64,000 nt of DNA from assembly GCA_964582965.1 (NCBI GenBank), contig CAZOUN010000004.1:923-64922 (forward strand), in the 5' to 3' direction. A program made the position numbers and the translations under genes. The notes under the pieces are model-generated. The model saw only the letters and a program-made list of their open reading frames with translations. It was not told the origin of the DNA and did not search any database. The DNA is from an uncultured Anaerolineales bacterium (GTDB lineage Bacteria > Chloroflexota > Anaerolineae > Anaerolineales > UBA11858). Shown one piece after another: positions 1 to 8,639 of this stretch (its first letter is position 1; every line of letters starts with the position of its first letter).

Positions 1-1
1 T

Positions 2-2407
2 TTGCCAATTACCGGAATGGATTGCGCTAATTGCGCAACCGCTGTTGAGAGAAGCATCCTTAAGATCGAGGGTATTAACCAGGTACATGTAAACCTGGCA
101 TCCGAAAGGGCTACCTTCGAGCATGAAGATGGAAATAAGGCTATCTTTAAAGTGATTGAAAAAATAAAGAAAGCAGGGTACGGGATAGCAGTTGGAGAAG
201 CAAGATTTGTTATATCTGATTTGGACGACGAACAGAACAGTCTGACATTGGAAAACAAGATTAAGAGTATAGCGGGCGTAACTAAAGTTGGCATAAATTG
301 GGTAGCGGGCAAAGTTAGTGTTAATTACATACCAACCATTCTTACCCAGGTAGAGATTAGGGATCATATAAAAAACGCAGGCTTCGAAGCTGAAATTCTT
401 GGTGATCAGAATTTGGATACTGAGGAATTAATCCGCCAACAAGAATTTCAAAATCAACGCAAAGACCTATTGATCGGATTATTCTTGACTATTCCTTTGT
501 TCTTATTGTCCATGTCAAGAGACTTTGGTCTGCTAGGAGATTGGGCACATCAAACCTGGGTGAATTGGATGATGTGGGCGCTGGCGACACCTGTCCAATT
601 TTACGTTGGTAGAAAATACTACACAGGAGCTGTCCAATCTATTAGAAATAGAGCAGCCAATATGGATGTTTTGGTTGCGCTTGGATCTACAGCGGCTTAC
701 CTCTATTCTTTGCCAGTTCTTTTTGAATGGATCCCGGGTCATGTATATTTTGAAACGTCAGCAATGATAATCACCTTGATAAAAACAGGAAAATTCCTTG
801 AGACAAAAACTCGGGGAAAGACTAGCCAGGCTATTAAAAATTTACTACGTTTAACTCCTGCCATGGCTTTGGTTTGGAGAGAAGAAGAGGAAGTGTCTAT
901 TCCCGTAGCAGATGTGCTGCTGGGAGATATTCTCATAGTCAATCCTGGAACGAAAGTCCCCGTAGACGGGGTGGTCATTAGTGGGTATTCCTCCATTGAC
1001 GAATCCATGTTGACAGGTGAATCCCTCCCTGTTGAAAAGCAAATAGGATCGGATGTTATAGGTGGGACTCTGAACAAGCAAGGCGCATTTAAGTTTGAAG
1101 CGACAAAGATTGGCAAGGATACTGCGTTAGCGCAAATCATTCGCTTGGTTGAAGAAGCTCAAGGAAGTAAAGCTCCAATTCAGAGGATAGCTGATCGTGT
1201 TTCTGCTATCTTTGTGCCGGCTGTTGTGATTACAGCAATTATTACTTTCCTGGTCTGGCAGCTATTTGCGGTTTCTTTACCTGGGCTTGGAAATAGCCAG
1301 TTTTCTAGAGCTATGTTAAATGCGGTAGCCGTTTTATTAATTGCTTGTCCGTGCGCTATGGGTTTAGCTACACCAACGGCAGTGATGGTGGGTACTGGGC
1401 GAGGGGCGAAATCCGGAATTTTGTTTAAATCTGGCGCTGCTCTCGAGCTTTCCGGTCAAATATCCACAATTGTCATGGACAAGACTGGAACGATCACTAA
1501 TGGAAAGCCTATTCTCACTGATGTAGGTTTATCAAAGATCGGTGATAAAAATCTTGGCGAAAACCAGATCATTCAAATAGCTGCAATTGTAGAGCAACGA
1601 TCTGAACATCCCTTGGGAGAAGCGATCGTGGAGGAAGCCAAAAAAAGAGAATTGGAAATGGGAAACGCCGATCGGTTCACTTCGATTGCTGGGAAAGGTG
1701 TGAAGGCGATTGTAGATGGAAAACAAGTGATTGTTGGGAATACAACTCTCTTGGATGAAGAAAAAATTACTTGGTTAGAAAATGAAAAAGAAATTTCTTT
1801 GCTGCGGAACGAAGGAAAAACCGTGATGCTGGTTACAGTTGATGGGATTCTTGCTGGTTGGCTGGCTGTTGCTGACACAGTTAAAGCCAATGCTCTAGAG
1901 GTCATTACCGAGATTAGGGGAATGGGATTGAAAGTTCTAATGATCACTGGTGATAATCGGCAGGTAGCCGAAGCGATTGCGTCACAAGTAGGGATTGAAA
2001 ATGTAATGGCAGAGGTGCTACCTGGGGGAAAATCAGCTAGAATTAAGCAACTTCAGGAGCGGGGAGAAGTTGTTGCAATGGTGGGAGATGGAGTTAATGA
2101 TGCGCCTGCTCTAGCACAGGCAGATGTAGGTATATCACTAGGAACTGGAACCGATATAGCAATTGCAGCTGCGCCCATAACTTTGATCCGGGGAGATCTG
2201 GCTGGGATAACTAAAGCAATCAATTTATCAAAGATCACCTTAGCAACAATCAAGCAGAATTTGTTTTGGGCATTTTTCTACAATATTATTCTGATTCCCG
2301 TCGCTGCCATTGGTCTATTAAATCCGATGCTCGCTGCCGGTGCCATGGCGTTGAGTGACGTATTTGTGATTGGGAACAGCCTGAGATTGAATAAGAAAAA
2401 ATTGTAA
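2..2407 (+). CDS. copA: Cu(I)-translocating P1B-type ATPase (probably 5'-truncated by the window edge)
   Basis: HMA motif GMDCANC, TGES, CPC, DKTGT phosphorylation motif, [12 protein letters not shown] and YN in TM5. The reading frame is open from the window start. Confidence 0.93.
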   Translation: MPITGMDCANCATAVERSILKIEGINQVHVNLASERATFEHEDGNKAIFKVIEKIKKAGYGIAVGEARFVISDLDDEQNSLTLENKIKSIAGVTKVGINWVAGKVSVNYIPTILTQVEIRDHIKNAGFEAEILGDQNLDTEELIRQQEFQNQRKDLLIGLFLTIPLFLLSMSRDFGLLGDWAHQTWVNWMMWALATPVQFYVGRKYYTGAVQSIRNRAANMDVLVALGSTAAYLYSLPVLFEWIPGHVYFETSAMIITLIKTGKFLETKTRGKTSQAIKNLLRLTPAMALVWREEEEVSIPVADVLLGDILIVNPGTKVPVDGVVISGYSSIDESMLTGESLPVEKQIGSDVIGGTLNKQGAFKFEATKIGKDTALAQIIRLVEEAQGSKAPIQRIADRVSAIFVPAVVITAIITFLVWQLFAVSLPGLGNSQFSRAMLNAVAVLLIACPCAMGLATPTAVMVGTGRGAKSGILFKSGAALELSGQISTIVMDKTGTITNGKPILTDVGLSKIGDKNLGENQIIQIAAIVEQRSEHPLGEAIVEEAKKRELEMGNADRFTSIAGKGVKAIVDGKQVIVGNTTLLDEEKITWLENEKEISLLRNEGKTVMLVTVDGILAGWLAVADTVKANALEVITEIRGMGLKVLMITGDNRQVAEAIASQVGIENVMAEVLPGGKSARIKQLQERGEVVAMVGDGVNDAPALAQADVGISLGTGTDIAIAAAPITLIRGDLAGITKAINLSKITLATIKQNLFWAFFYNIILIPVAAIGLLNPMLAAGAMALSDVFVIGNSLRLNKKKL

Positions 2408-2535
2408 TAAGAAAGAATTCGGATTCTCCACTCGTCAATTGACAAGATAGTAAAGCCGGATTTGCCCTCGTAGTCTAGTGTACTCATGTTTATATAAAAA
2501 GATATAATAGATAGGTCAACAAAGGCAGTAATCGT

Positions 2536-3618
2536 ATGGCAAAAAACAAAGTACGAACAGCGATAATTGGTGTGGGTAATTGTGCATCAGCCTTGGTTCA
2601 AGGGGTGCATTTTTACCAGAATGCAGCAGAAAACGAAAACATCCCAGGTTTAATGAATCCCGTTCTTGGTGGGTACCATATCAAGGATATCGAATTTTCT
2701 GCAGCTATTGATATCAACGTCCTTAAAGTTGGAAAGGACCTCAGTGAAGCTATCTGGGAAAAACCTAATAACACATATAAATTTTCGGAAGTTCCTTTCT
2801 TAAACATCCCGGTGAGCAGAGGGATGACCCACGATGGATTGGGAACGTACTTAAAAGATTTTATTCAAAAAGCTCCCGGACCTACCGATGATATCGTTAA
2901 GATCCTCAAAGATACCGGAACTGATGTAGTGATCAATTTTCTGCCCGTTGGCTCAGAGATGGCAACAAAATGGTATGTAGAACAAATTCTGGAAGCCGGA
3001 TGTGCATTTGTGAATGGTATACCGGTTTTTATTGCTACATCCGAATACTGGAGTAAACGATTCAGGGATAAAGGACTACCAATTATTGGGGATGATATTA
3101 AAAGCCAGGTTGGGGCGACGATAGTCCATCGAGTTCTTACGAATTTAATGCAGGATCGGGGAGTAAAACTTGAGCGGACATATCAATTGAATTATGGCGG
3201 AAATATGGATTTTTATAATATGCTTGACCGGAAACGCCTGGAATCCAAAAAGATTTCCAAAACCCAGGCTGTATCTAGTCAGATAAATTATGATCTAGAA
3301 GAAGACAATATCCATATTGGCCCAAGCGATTATGTTCCCTGGCTGGAAGACCGAAAATGGGCCAATATCCGGCTCGAGGGTACTGCTTTTGGGGATGTTC
3401 CATTAAATATTGAATTAAAGATGGAAGTCTGGGACTCACCGAACTCTGCAGGCGTTATGATAGATGCAGTCCGTTGTGCAAAAATCGGCCTGGACAGAGG
3501 CATATCAGGACCTCTTGAAGAACCTTCCTCATATTTTATGAAGTCGCCTCCTGTTCAGTATCCTGACGATATAGCGAAAATCAAGATTCAGGAGTTCATT
3601 GCAGGTAAAGCTAAATAA
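2536..3618 (+). CDS. ino1: myo-inositol-1-phosphate synthase
   Basis: N-terminal NAD-binding IIGVGNCAS, plus [24 protein letters not shown] and VWDSPNSAG motifs. Confidence 0.95.
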   Translation: MAKNKVRTAIIGVGNCASALVQGVHFYQNAAENENIPGLMNPVLGGYHIKDIEFSAAIDINVLKVGKDLSEAIWEKPNNTYKFSEVPFLNIPVSRGMTHDGLGTYLKDFIQKAPGPTDDIVKILKDTGTDVVINFLPVGSEMATKWYVEQILEAGCAFVNGIPVFIATSEYWSKRFRDKGLPIIGDDIKSQVGATIVHRVLTNLMQDRGVKLERTYQLNYGGNMDFYNMLDRKRLESKKISKTQAVSSQINYDLEEDNIHIGPSDYVPWLEDRKWANIRLEGTAFGDVPLNIELKMEVWDSPNSAGVMIDAVRCAKIGLDRGISGPLEEPSSYFMKSPPVQYPDDIAKIKIQEFIAGKAK

Positions 3619-3645
3619 GTACTATACATATTAACAAGAATAAAT

Positions 3646-4719
3646 ATGAAAACTATCTCTAGAAAAGATTTCTTAAAAACAAGCAGTTTGGCAGCTGGCG
3701 CAATATTGTTAGCAAATAGATATCCTAATTTCAATGAAGAGTTTCCCGTGTCTGATCGTTTGGGCAGAATTGCTGTGGGAAAAGTTGATATCATGTTGAG
3801 GCCAGATTACGATTCTCCGACCGTGGGAACATATTACGAGGACGCAGTAGTTCCCTGGTTAAGAGAAGTAATTGGCCCTTGGCCATTCAGGAACAACCAG
3901 CGTTGGGTTGAAACTGAGGATGGATATATCTGGGGTCCAAACGTACAGCCTGTAAGGAATCTTGTAAATCAGCCAGTGGGTGCTATCCCAGAAGATATGG
4001 AAGGAATCTGGGTTGAAGTAACCGTGCCCTGGGTGAATGCGGTATTGGATAACCCGCCAGCCAGATCGTCCTGGTGGAGAATGCAAGATAGTAAAAACCT
4101 GCCCCCCAGGTTTTATTACAGCCAGATATTTTGGGCGGATCGGGTCAAGGAAGGAAGCGACGGTCGAATATGGTACCGAATAAACGAAAGGTACGGTAAT
4201 CCAGGAGATTTATTTTGGGCGCCAGCTGAAGCATTTAGACCGATTTCCAATGCTGAGGTGCACCCGATCAATCCGGATGCGGAAAATAAACAGATCGTTG
4301 TAGATGTATCGGATTCCAGACAGACATTGGCTTGTTATGAAGATGGTAAAGAAGTTTATTACTGCCGGATATCATCCGGAAAAGTTCCGAACACAACTCC
4401 GTTAACTGCAATTGGATCAGAAGGATTTCATATCTGGAGGAAATTGCATTCAGTCCAGATGTCAGGTGGGTCTAATCAAGCGGGATGGATGATCCCGGGG
4501 ATTGGTTGGGTATCGTTTTTCTACCTGGAAGGTGTAGCGATCCACTCAACTTTCTGGCATAACAATTTTGGAGAACCTTCATCACATGGATGTATCAACG
4601 TCGCTCCCGAAGATGCGAAATGGATCTTTAGGTGGGCTTCTCCTGTAACCCCTTATCAGGAAGGAGACATAGTCGTCTCTGGTACAACTGGTACTCCTGT
4701 CAAAGTGATAGAATACTAA
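3646..4719 (+). CDS. Tat-exported L,D-transpeptidase (YkuD family)
   Basis: Tat-like signal SRKDFLK; C-terminal catalytic motif AIHSTFWH...SHGCIN. Confidence 0.88.
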   Translation: MKTISRKDFLKTSSLAAGAILLANRYPNFNEEFPVSDRLGRIAVGKVDIMLRPDYDSPTVGTYYEDAVVPWLREVIGPWPFRNNQRWVETEDGYIWGPNVQPVRNLVNQPVGAIPEDMEGIWVEVTVPWVNAVLDNPPARSSWWRMQDSKNLPPRFYYSQIFWADRVKEGSDGRIWYRINERYGNPGDLFWAPAEAFRPISNAEVHPINPDAENKQIVVDVSDSRQTLACYEDGKEVYYCRISSGKVPNTTPLTAIGSEGFHIWRKLHSVQMSGGSNQAGWMIPGIGWVSFFYLEGVAIHSTFWHNNFGEPSSHGCINVAPEDAKWIFRWASPVTPYQEGDIVVSGTTGTPVKVIEY

Positions 4720-4762
4720 AATCGTATTTTCAGTGTCAATAGAAAAGTAAAAGGGTTCATTT

Positions 4763-5491
4763 ATGGATAGTCTAAGTTTATTCAGTTTAGGTACGGCCTT
4801 TATTGCGGGACTGGCATCATTCTTGTCTCCCTGTGTATTGCCTTTGGTGCCAGCTTATATTGGCTACCTTGGCGGAAGAACAGCTTTTGAGGAAGAGGGA
4901 AAGGAACAGGGTCGCTGGTCAGTATTCTCTCACGGTCTGGCATTCGTTATAGGCTTTAGCGTCGTATTCATAACTCTGGGAGTAGCCGCTTCTGCTTTGG
5001 GAAGCTTGCTGACCAATGTGCAGAATTGGATCGAAAAGATTGGCGGAATCGTCGTCATAATTTTTGGTGTCCATATGACTGGGCTCTGGAAAATCCCCTT
5101 CCTGCAATATGATACTCGGCAGCAATCTCAACCTGGCAGAGACAAAGGCTATTGGTCTTCTTTTTTAATGGGTGTGTTTTTCTCGGCCGGATGGTCTCCC
5201 TGTGTAGGGCCTGTATTAGGCGCAATTCTAACTTTATCGCTTAGTGGTGGATCTGTATTAATTGGTGGGGCATTGCTGGCTGCATACTCTGCCGGTTTGT
5301 CCATCCCGTTCCTGATCGCGGCACTGGGAGTCGGGTGGGTAACGGCAACACTTAAGAAATATGGAAAGGTTCTCCATTATTTGGAAATCGCCATGGGCGT
5401 TCTGCTTATCATAGTTGGTGTTCTGCTTTTCTCGGGATTATTTGAAAAGATAACGATTTACCTAACCAGATTTGGTAGCTTGTTCAGCTAA
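4763..5491 (+). CDS. ccdA: CcdA/DsbD-family transmembrane electron transporter
   Basis: Six hydrophobic segments with the two redox Cys in FLSPCVLP and WSPCVGP. Confidence 0.92.
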   Translation: MDSLSLFSLGTAFIAGLASFLSPCVLPLVPAYIGYLGGRTAFEEEGKEQGRWSVFSHGLAFVIGFSVVFITLGVAASALGSLLTNVQNWIEKIGGIVVIIFGVHMTGLWKIPFLQYDTRQQSQPGRDKGYWSSFLMGVFFSAGWSPCVGPVLGAILTLSLSGGSVLIGGALLAAYSAGLSIPFLIAALGVGWVTATLKKYGKVLHYLEIAMGVLLIIVGVLLFSGLFEKITIYLTRFGSLFS

Positions 5492-5512
5492 CTTTTATAG
5501 GAATGATTTAAG

Positions 5513-6490
5513 ATGCTAACTGTTACTCTCTATATGCGTAAGGATTGTCCTTTGTGCGAAAAAGCCGAAGAAGAATTAAACTCTCTTCAGGAGCAATTTC
5601 CTCATCGCTTAGTCCTTATTGATATTGAAAAGGAAGAGATTTTTAAATTTGTAGACAAAATTCCGGTTATTGAAGTGGGCCCTTATCAAATCAAAGCTCC
5701 TTTTGATAGCAAGGCAATTCAAATGACACTGGGTGCTGCAAATGATAGGATCCAGCAGCTTGATAATATCCAGGTAGAAAACAATCAAAAAAAGACCAAA
5801 CGGGGTAATGATATTTCTTTCGGTGACAGGCTTTTTAAATGGATATCGCACCGCTATATGTTGATATTTAATGCCTTTACTTTGCTTTATGTAGGACTTG
5901 CATTCCTGGCTCCGGTATTGATGAATAGCGGTCGAGTTGGTTCTGCAAATTTGATTTATTCTGTTTATGGAAGATTATGCCATCAGCTTTCATATAGATC
6001 ATGGTTCTTGTTTGGCGAGCAAGCGGCCTATCCAAGAGAAATCGCAAATTTGCCAGACTTGATTACATATGAAGAAGCAACTGGAAACGACCCCTATGAT
6101 ATTGAGGCAGCTTTCAGGTTCAAGGGAAATGAACAGTTGGGATATAAAGTGGCTTTCTGTGAGAGGGATATAGCCATTTATAGTGCTATCCTATTATTTG
6201 GGATTATTTTTGCAATCACTGGGAAAAAGATACCTGGCCTACCTTTAGCGGCTTGGTTTGTACTAGGCATAATGCCAATCGGATTGGACGGGGTAAGTCA
6301 GATCATTAGCCAGTTGCCATGGGACATTATTCCGCTGAGGGAAAGTACGCCACTATTGAGGACAATTACTGGGGGGTTATTCGGTTTTACCACTGCCTGG
6401 TTTGGTTATCCTATTGTAGAAGAAGCCATGGCCGATACAAGAAAAGTTATGGTTGTGAAGTTAAAAGCTGCTCAAATAGAAGAACGATAG
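5513..6490 (+). CDS. Glutaredoxin-like (CPLC) domain fused to a DUF2085 membrane domain
   Basis: N-terminal VTLYMRKDCPLC thioredoxin-fold segment; C-terminal LCHQ..RS and CERDIAIY motifs with TM helices. Confidence 0.75.
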   Translation: MLTVTLYMRKDCPLCEKAEEELNSLQEQFPHRLVLIDIEKEEIFKFVDKIPVIEVGPYQIKAPFDSKAIQMTLGAANDRIQQLDNIQVENNQKKTKRGNDISFGDRLFKWISHRYMLIFNAFTLLYVGLAFLAPVLMNSGRVGSANLIYSVYGRLCHQLSYRSWFLFGEQAAYPREIANLPDLITYEEATGNDPYDIEAAFRFKGNEQLGYKVAFCERDIAIYSAILLFGIIFAITGKKIPGLPLAAWFVLGIMPIGLDGVSQIISQLPWDIIPLRESTPLLRTITGGLFGFTTAWFGYPIVEEAMADTRKVMVVKLKAAQIEER

Positions 6491-6492
6491 GT

Positions 6493-7275
6493 ATGAAAGT
6501 TCAAAAAAAGAACGGTCTAAAAATTTTTCAATTCACGAATTTATCATTGCCTGGTATAAACCAGGCAATTTTTTCGCGGCACGGTGGACTAAGTCGGCCT
6601 CCCTGGTCATCTCTTAATTTGGGAGGAACGGTTGGCGATGACCCGGAAAATGTGAATGGAAATCTGGAATTAATATTAAAAACAGTCGGTTATAACCTAG
6701 GGCAGCTTGTTCAGGTAAGGCAGATCCATTTGGCAAAAGTGATAACAGCCAGAGGGCCTATGGATGCAATCCAAAATGGTGATGCGATTATTACAAACAA
6801 GCCCGGGTTGTTGCTATTAATGCGCTTTGCTGATTGTGTGCCAATTCTATTTTTTGATCCTGTAAAAAATGCTGTTGGAATAGCCCATGCAGGCTGGCAA
6901 GGAACTATAAAAGAAATAGCCCTCCATACAGTGCGTGCAATGGAAATACAGTTTCAAACAAATCCAGCTGATTTGATTGCAGGTATTGGCCCTTCTATTG
7001 GGCCGGATCACTATGTTATAAGAGAGGATGTGAGTGAACGGGTGGAGGCTGTTTTTCCAAAACAGGTCGAGGAGATTTTGATAAAGGACGATGATGGTGT
7101 AAAATTAGATTTATGGAAAGCCAATGCAATTTCCCTAAGGAAAGCCGGCGTGAAAATGATTGAAATAGCAGGAATTTGTACTGGGTGTAATATTATTGAT
7201 TGGTACTCTCATCGAGGGGAAAATGGGAAAACAGGACGGTTCGCAGCAGTGATTGGTTTGCGAGAAAGAGAATAA
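6493..7275 (+). CDS. pgeF: PgeF/YfiH purine nucleoside phosphorylase / peptidoglycan editing factor
   Basis: SRHGG, QVRQIH, ADCVPI, HAGWQG, GPSIG and YSHR motifs. Start taken as ATG 6493, just after the upstream stop, rather than 6319. Confidence 0.92.
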   Translation: MKVQKKNGLKIFQFTNLSLPGINQAIFSRHGGLSRPPWSSLNLGGTVGDDPENVNGNLELILKTVGYNLGQLVQVRQIHLAKVITARGPMDAIQNGDAIITNKPGLLLLMRFADCVPILFFDPVKNAVGIAHAGWQGTIKEIALHTVRAMEIQFQTNPADLIAGIGPSIGPDHYVIREDVSERVEAVFPKQVEEILIKDDDGVKLDLWKANAISLRKAGVKMIEIAGICTGCNIIDWYSHRGENGKTGRFAAVIGLRERE

Positions 7276-7277
7276 TT

Positions 7278-7997
7278 ATGGTTAACGAAAAAAATGAAAA
7301 TATCCAAAATAATGTTGAAGTTGTGCTAGAGAAAATTCAAAATTCTGCAAAAGCTGCAGGAAGAGATCCGGTAGGGATAGCATTGATTGCAGTCACTAAA
7401 CAAAAACCCGCAAATGTGGTTAAAACTCTCGTAGATTTAGGAATCTCACAAATAGGAGAAAGTTACCTCAAAGAAGCTTCTTTCAAAATCGATCTGTTGA
7501 AGGAATATCAAATAGAATGGCATATGATAGGATCTATTCAGCAGGGAAAAGAAAAAGAGATAGCTGCTAAATTTGCTGAAGTACATTCTGTAGAGAGCAT
7601 CAAAACTGCAATTAATCTTAATAAATATGCGAAATTATACGAACGGGTTTTACCGCTTTACCTAGAGTTCAATGTAAGTGGGGAGGAAACGAAGCATGGC
7701 TGGGATGCTTGGAATGAATCCCTCTGGAAGGAGTTGTTGCCGGATCTGAACGAGGTTCTCGACCTGCAGAATATATGTGTAAAAGGATTAATGACAATGG
7801 CTCCATATTCGAGTGACCCTCAAGATGCCAGGCCTTACTTCAAGCGCTTGAGACAGCTGCGGGATTATCTTTCCAGAGAATTACCTAAATCAAATTTAAA
7901 GGAATTGTCAATGGGAATGAGTGGAGACTTTGAGACTGCTATTGAAGAAGGTGCTACTGTTCTTAGGATTGGATCAGCGTTAGTGGGAGCACGGTAA
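7278..7997 (+). CDS. yggS: PLP homeostasis protein YggS/PLPBP
   Basis: LIAVTK (PLP Lys), IGESY, WHMIG, GLMTM and LSMGMSGDFE.AIEEGAT..RIG motifs. Start taken as 7278, after the pgeF stop at 7275. Confidence 0.93.
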   Translation: MVNEKNENIQNNVEVVLEKIQNSAKAAGRDPVGIALIAVTKQKPANVVKTLVDLGISQIGESYLKEASFKIDLLKEYQIEWHMIGSIQQGKEKEIAAKFAEVHSVESIKTAINLNKYAKLYERVLPLYLEFNVSGEETKHGWDAWNESLWKELLPDLNEVLDLQNICVKGLMTMAPYSSDPQDARPYFKRLRQLRDYLSRELPKSNLKELSMGMSGDFETAIEEGATVLRIGSALVGAR

Positions 7998-8010
7998 ATT
8001 AAGGAAAACT

Positions 8011-8253
8011 ATGATAATAGTGATTGTTGACGTACTCAGGCAAACAATTTATTTATTGGTTCTATTAAAGGTCGTACTGTCATATTTTATGGACCCATAC
8101 CACCCTTTCAGGCAATCAGTTGACCGGTTGATAGATCCTCTATTAAAACCAATTAGGCAGATAATTCCGACCGCAGGGCGGTTTGATTTCAGCCCGATTA
8201 TCCTTATAATATTGGTCGAAGTTATTGCCGGTATAATAAAGAGTTTGGTGTAA
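8011..8253 (+). CDS. yggT: YggT family membrane protein
   Basis: LLKPIRQIIP.AGRFDFSPII motif; position after yggS. Confidence 0.88.
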   Translation: MIIVIVDVLRQTIYLLVLLKVVLSYFMDPYHPFRQSVDRLIDPLLKPIRQIIPTAGRFDFSPIILIILVEVIAGIIKSLV

Positions 8254-8284
8254 GAAGAGATCAGGTCAAGGCGGGAGTGCGATT

Positions 8285-8590
8285 ATGATTGGTAGAGAGT
8301 TCAAGTTTCACGATGGTAAAAAAGGCGCAGCATTGGCATTGCGAATAATAAAAGATGCTGAGGAAGACATGATCCGAAAGGTATTGAAAGATGGTACCGT
8401 TGTCGTCCATTTGGAAGGGAATCCAGAAGATCAAAAAGAGTCAGTAATTAAATACCTATCAACTGAGTTAAATATGGACCGGAAACGATTCGATATTATT
8501 GAGATTAAAGACGATGTGGATATGCTGGTCTCCATTCTGGATATTGAACCTGGAGAAATACAAAACCTGATATTGGAAAAAATTGAGTAG
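8285..8590 (+). CDS. Divergent DUF167/YggU-like small protein
   Basis: Size and position after yggT, with ALALRI...DGTVVVHL pattern. The usual APP..GKAN motif is absent. Confidence 0.55.
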   Translation: MIGREFKFHDGKKGAALALRIIKDAEEDMIRKVLKDGTVVVHLEGNPEDQKESVIKYLSTELNMDRKRFDIIEIKDDVDMLVSILDIEPGEIQNLILEKIE

Positions 8591-8639
8591 AAAATATAAA
8601 AAAATCCTGGGAAACCAGGATTTTCTTATTAACGACCAA

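Noticed and set aside
3646-3680. SRKDFLK in place of a twin arginine
   Set aside because: RK variants of Tat signals are known and the rest of the consensus is intact.
6319-7277. Longer ORF starts at 6319 and 7200 (likewise 29056, 53458, 57266, 57227)
   Set aside because: The extensions overlap neighbouring genes, terminators or promoters; family-like sequence begins at the downstream ATGs.
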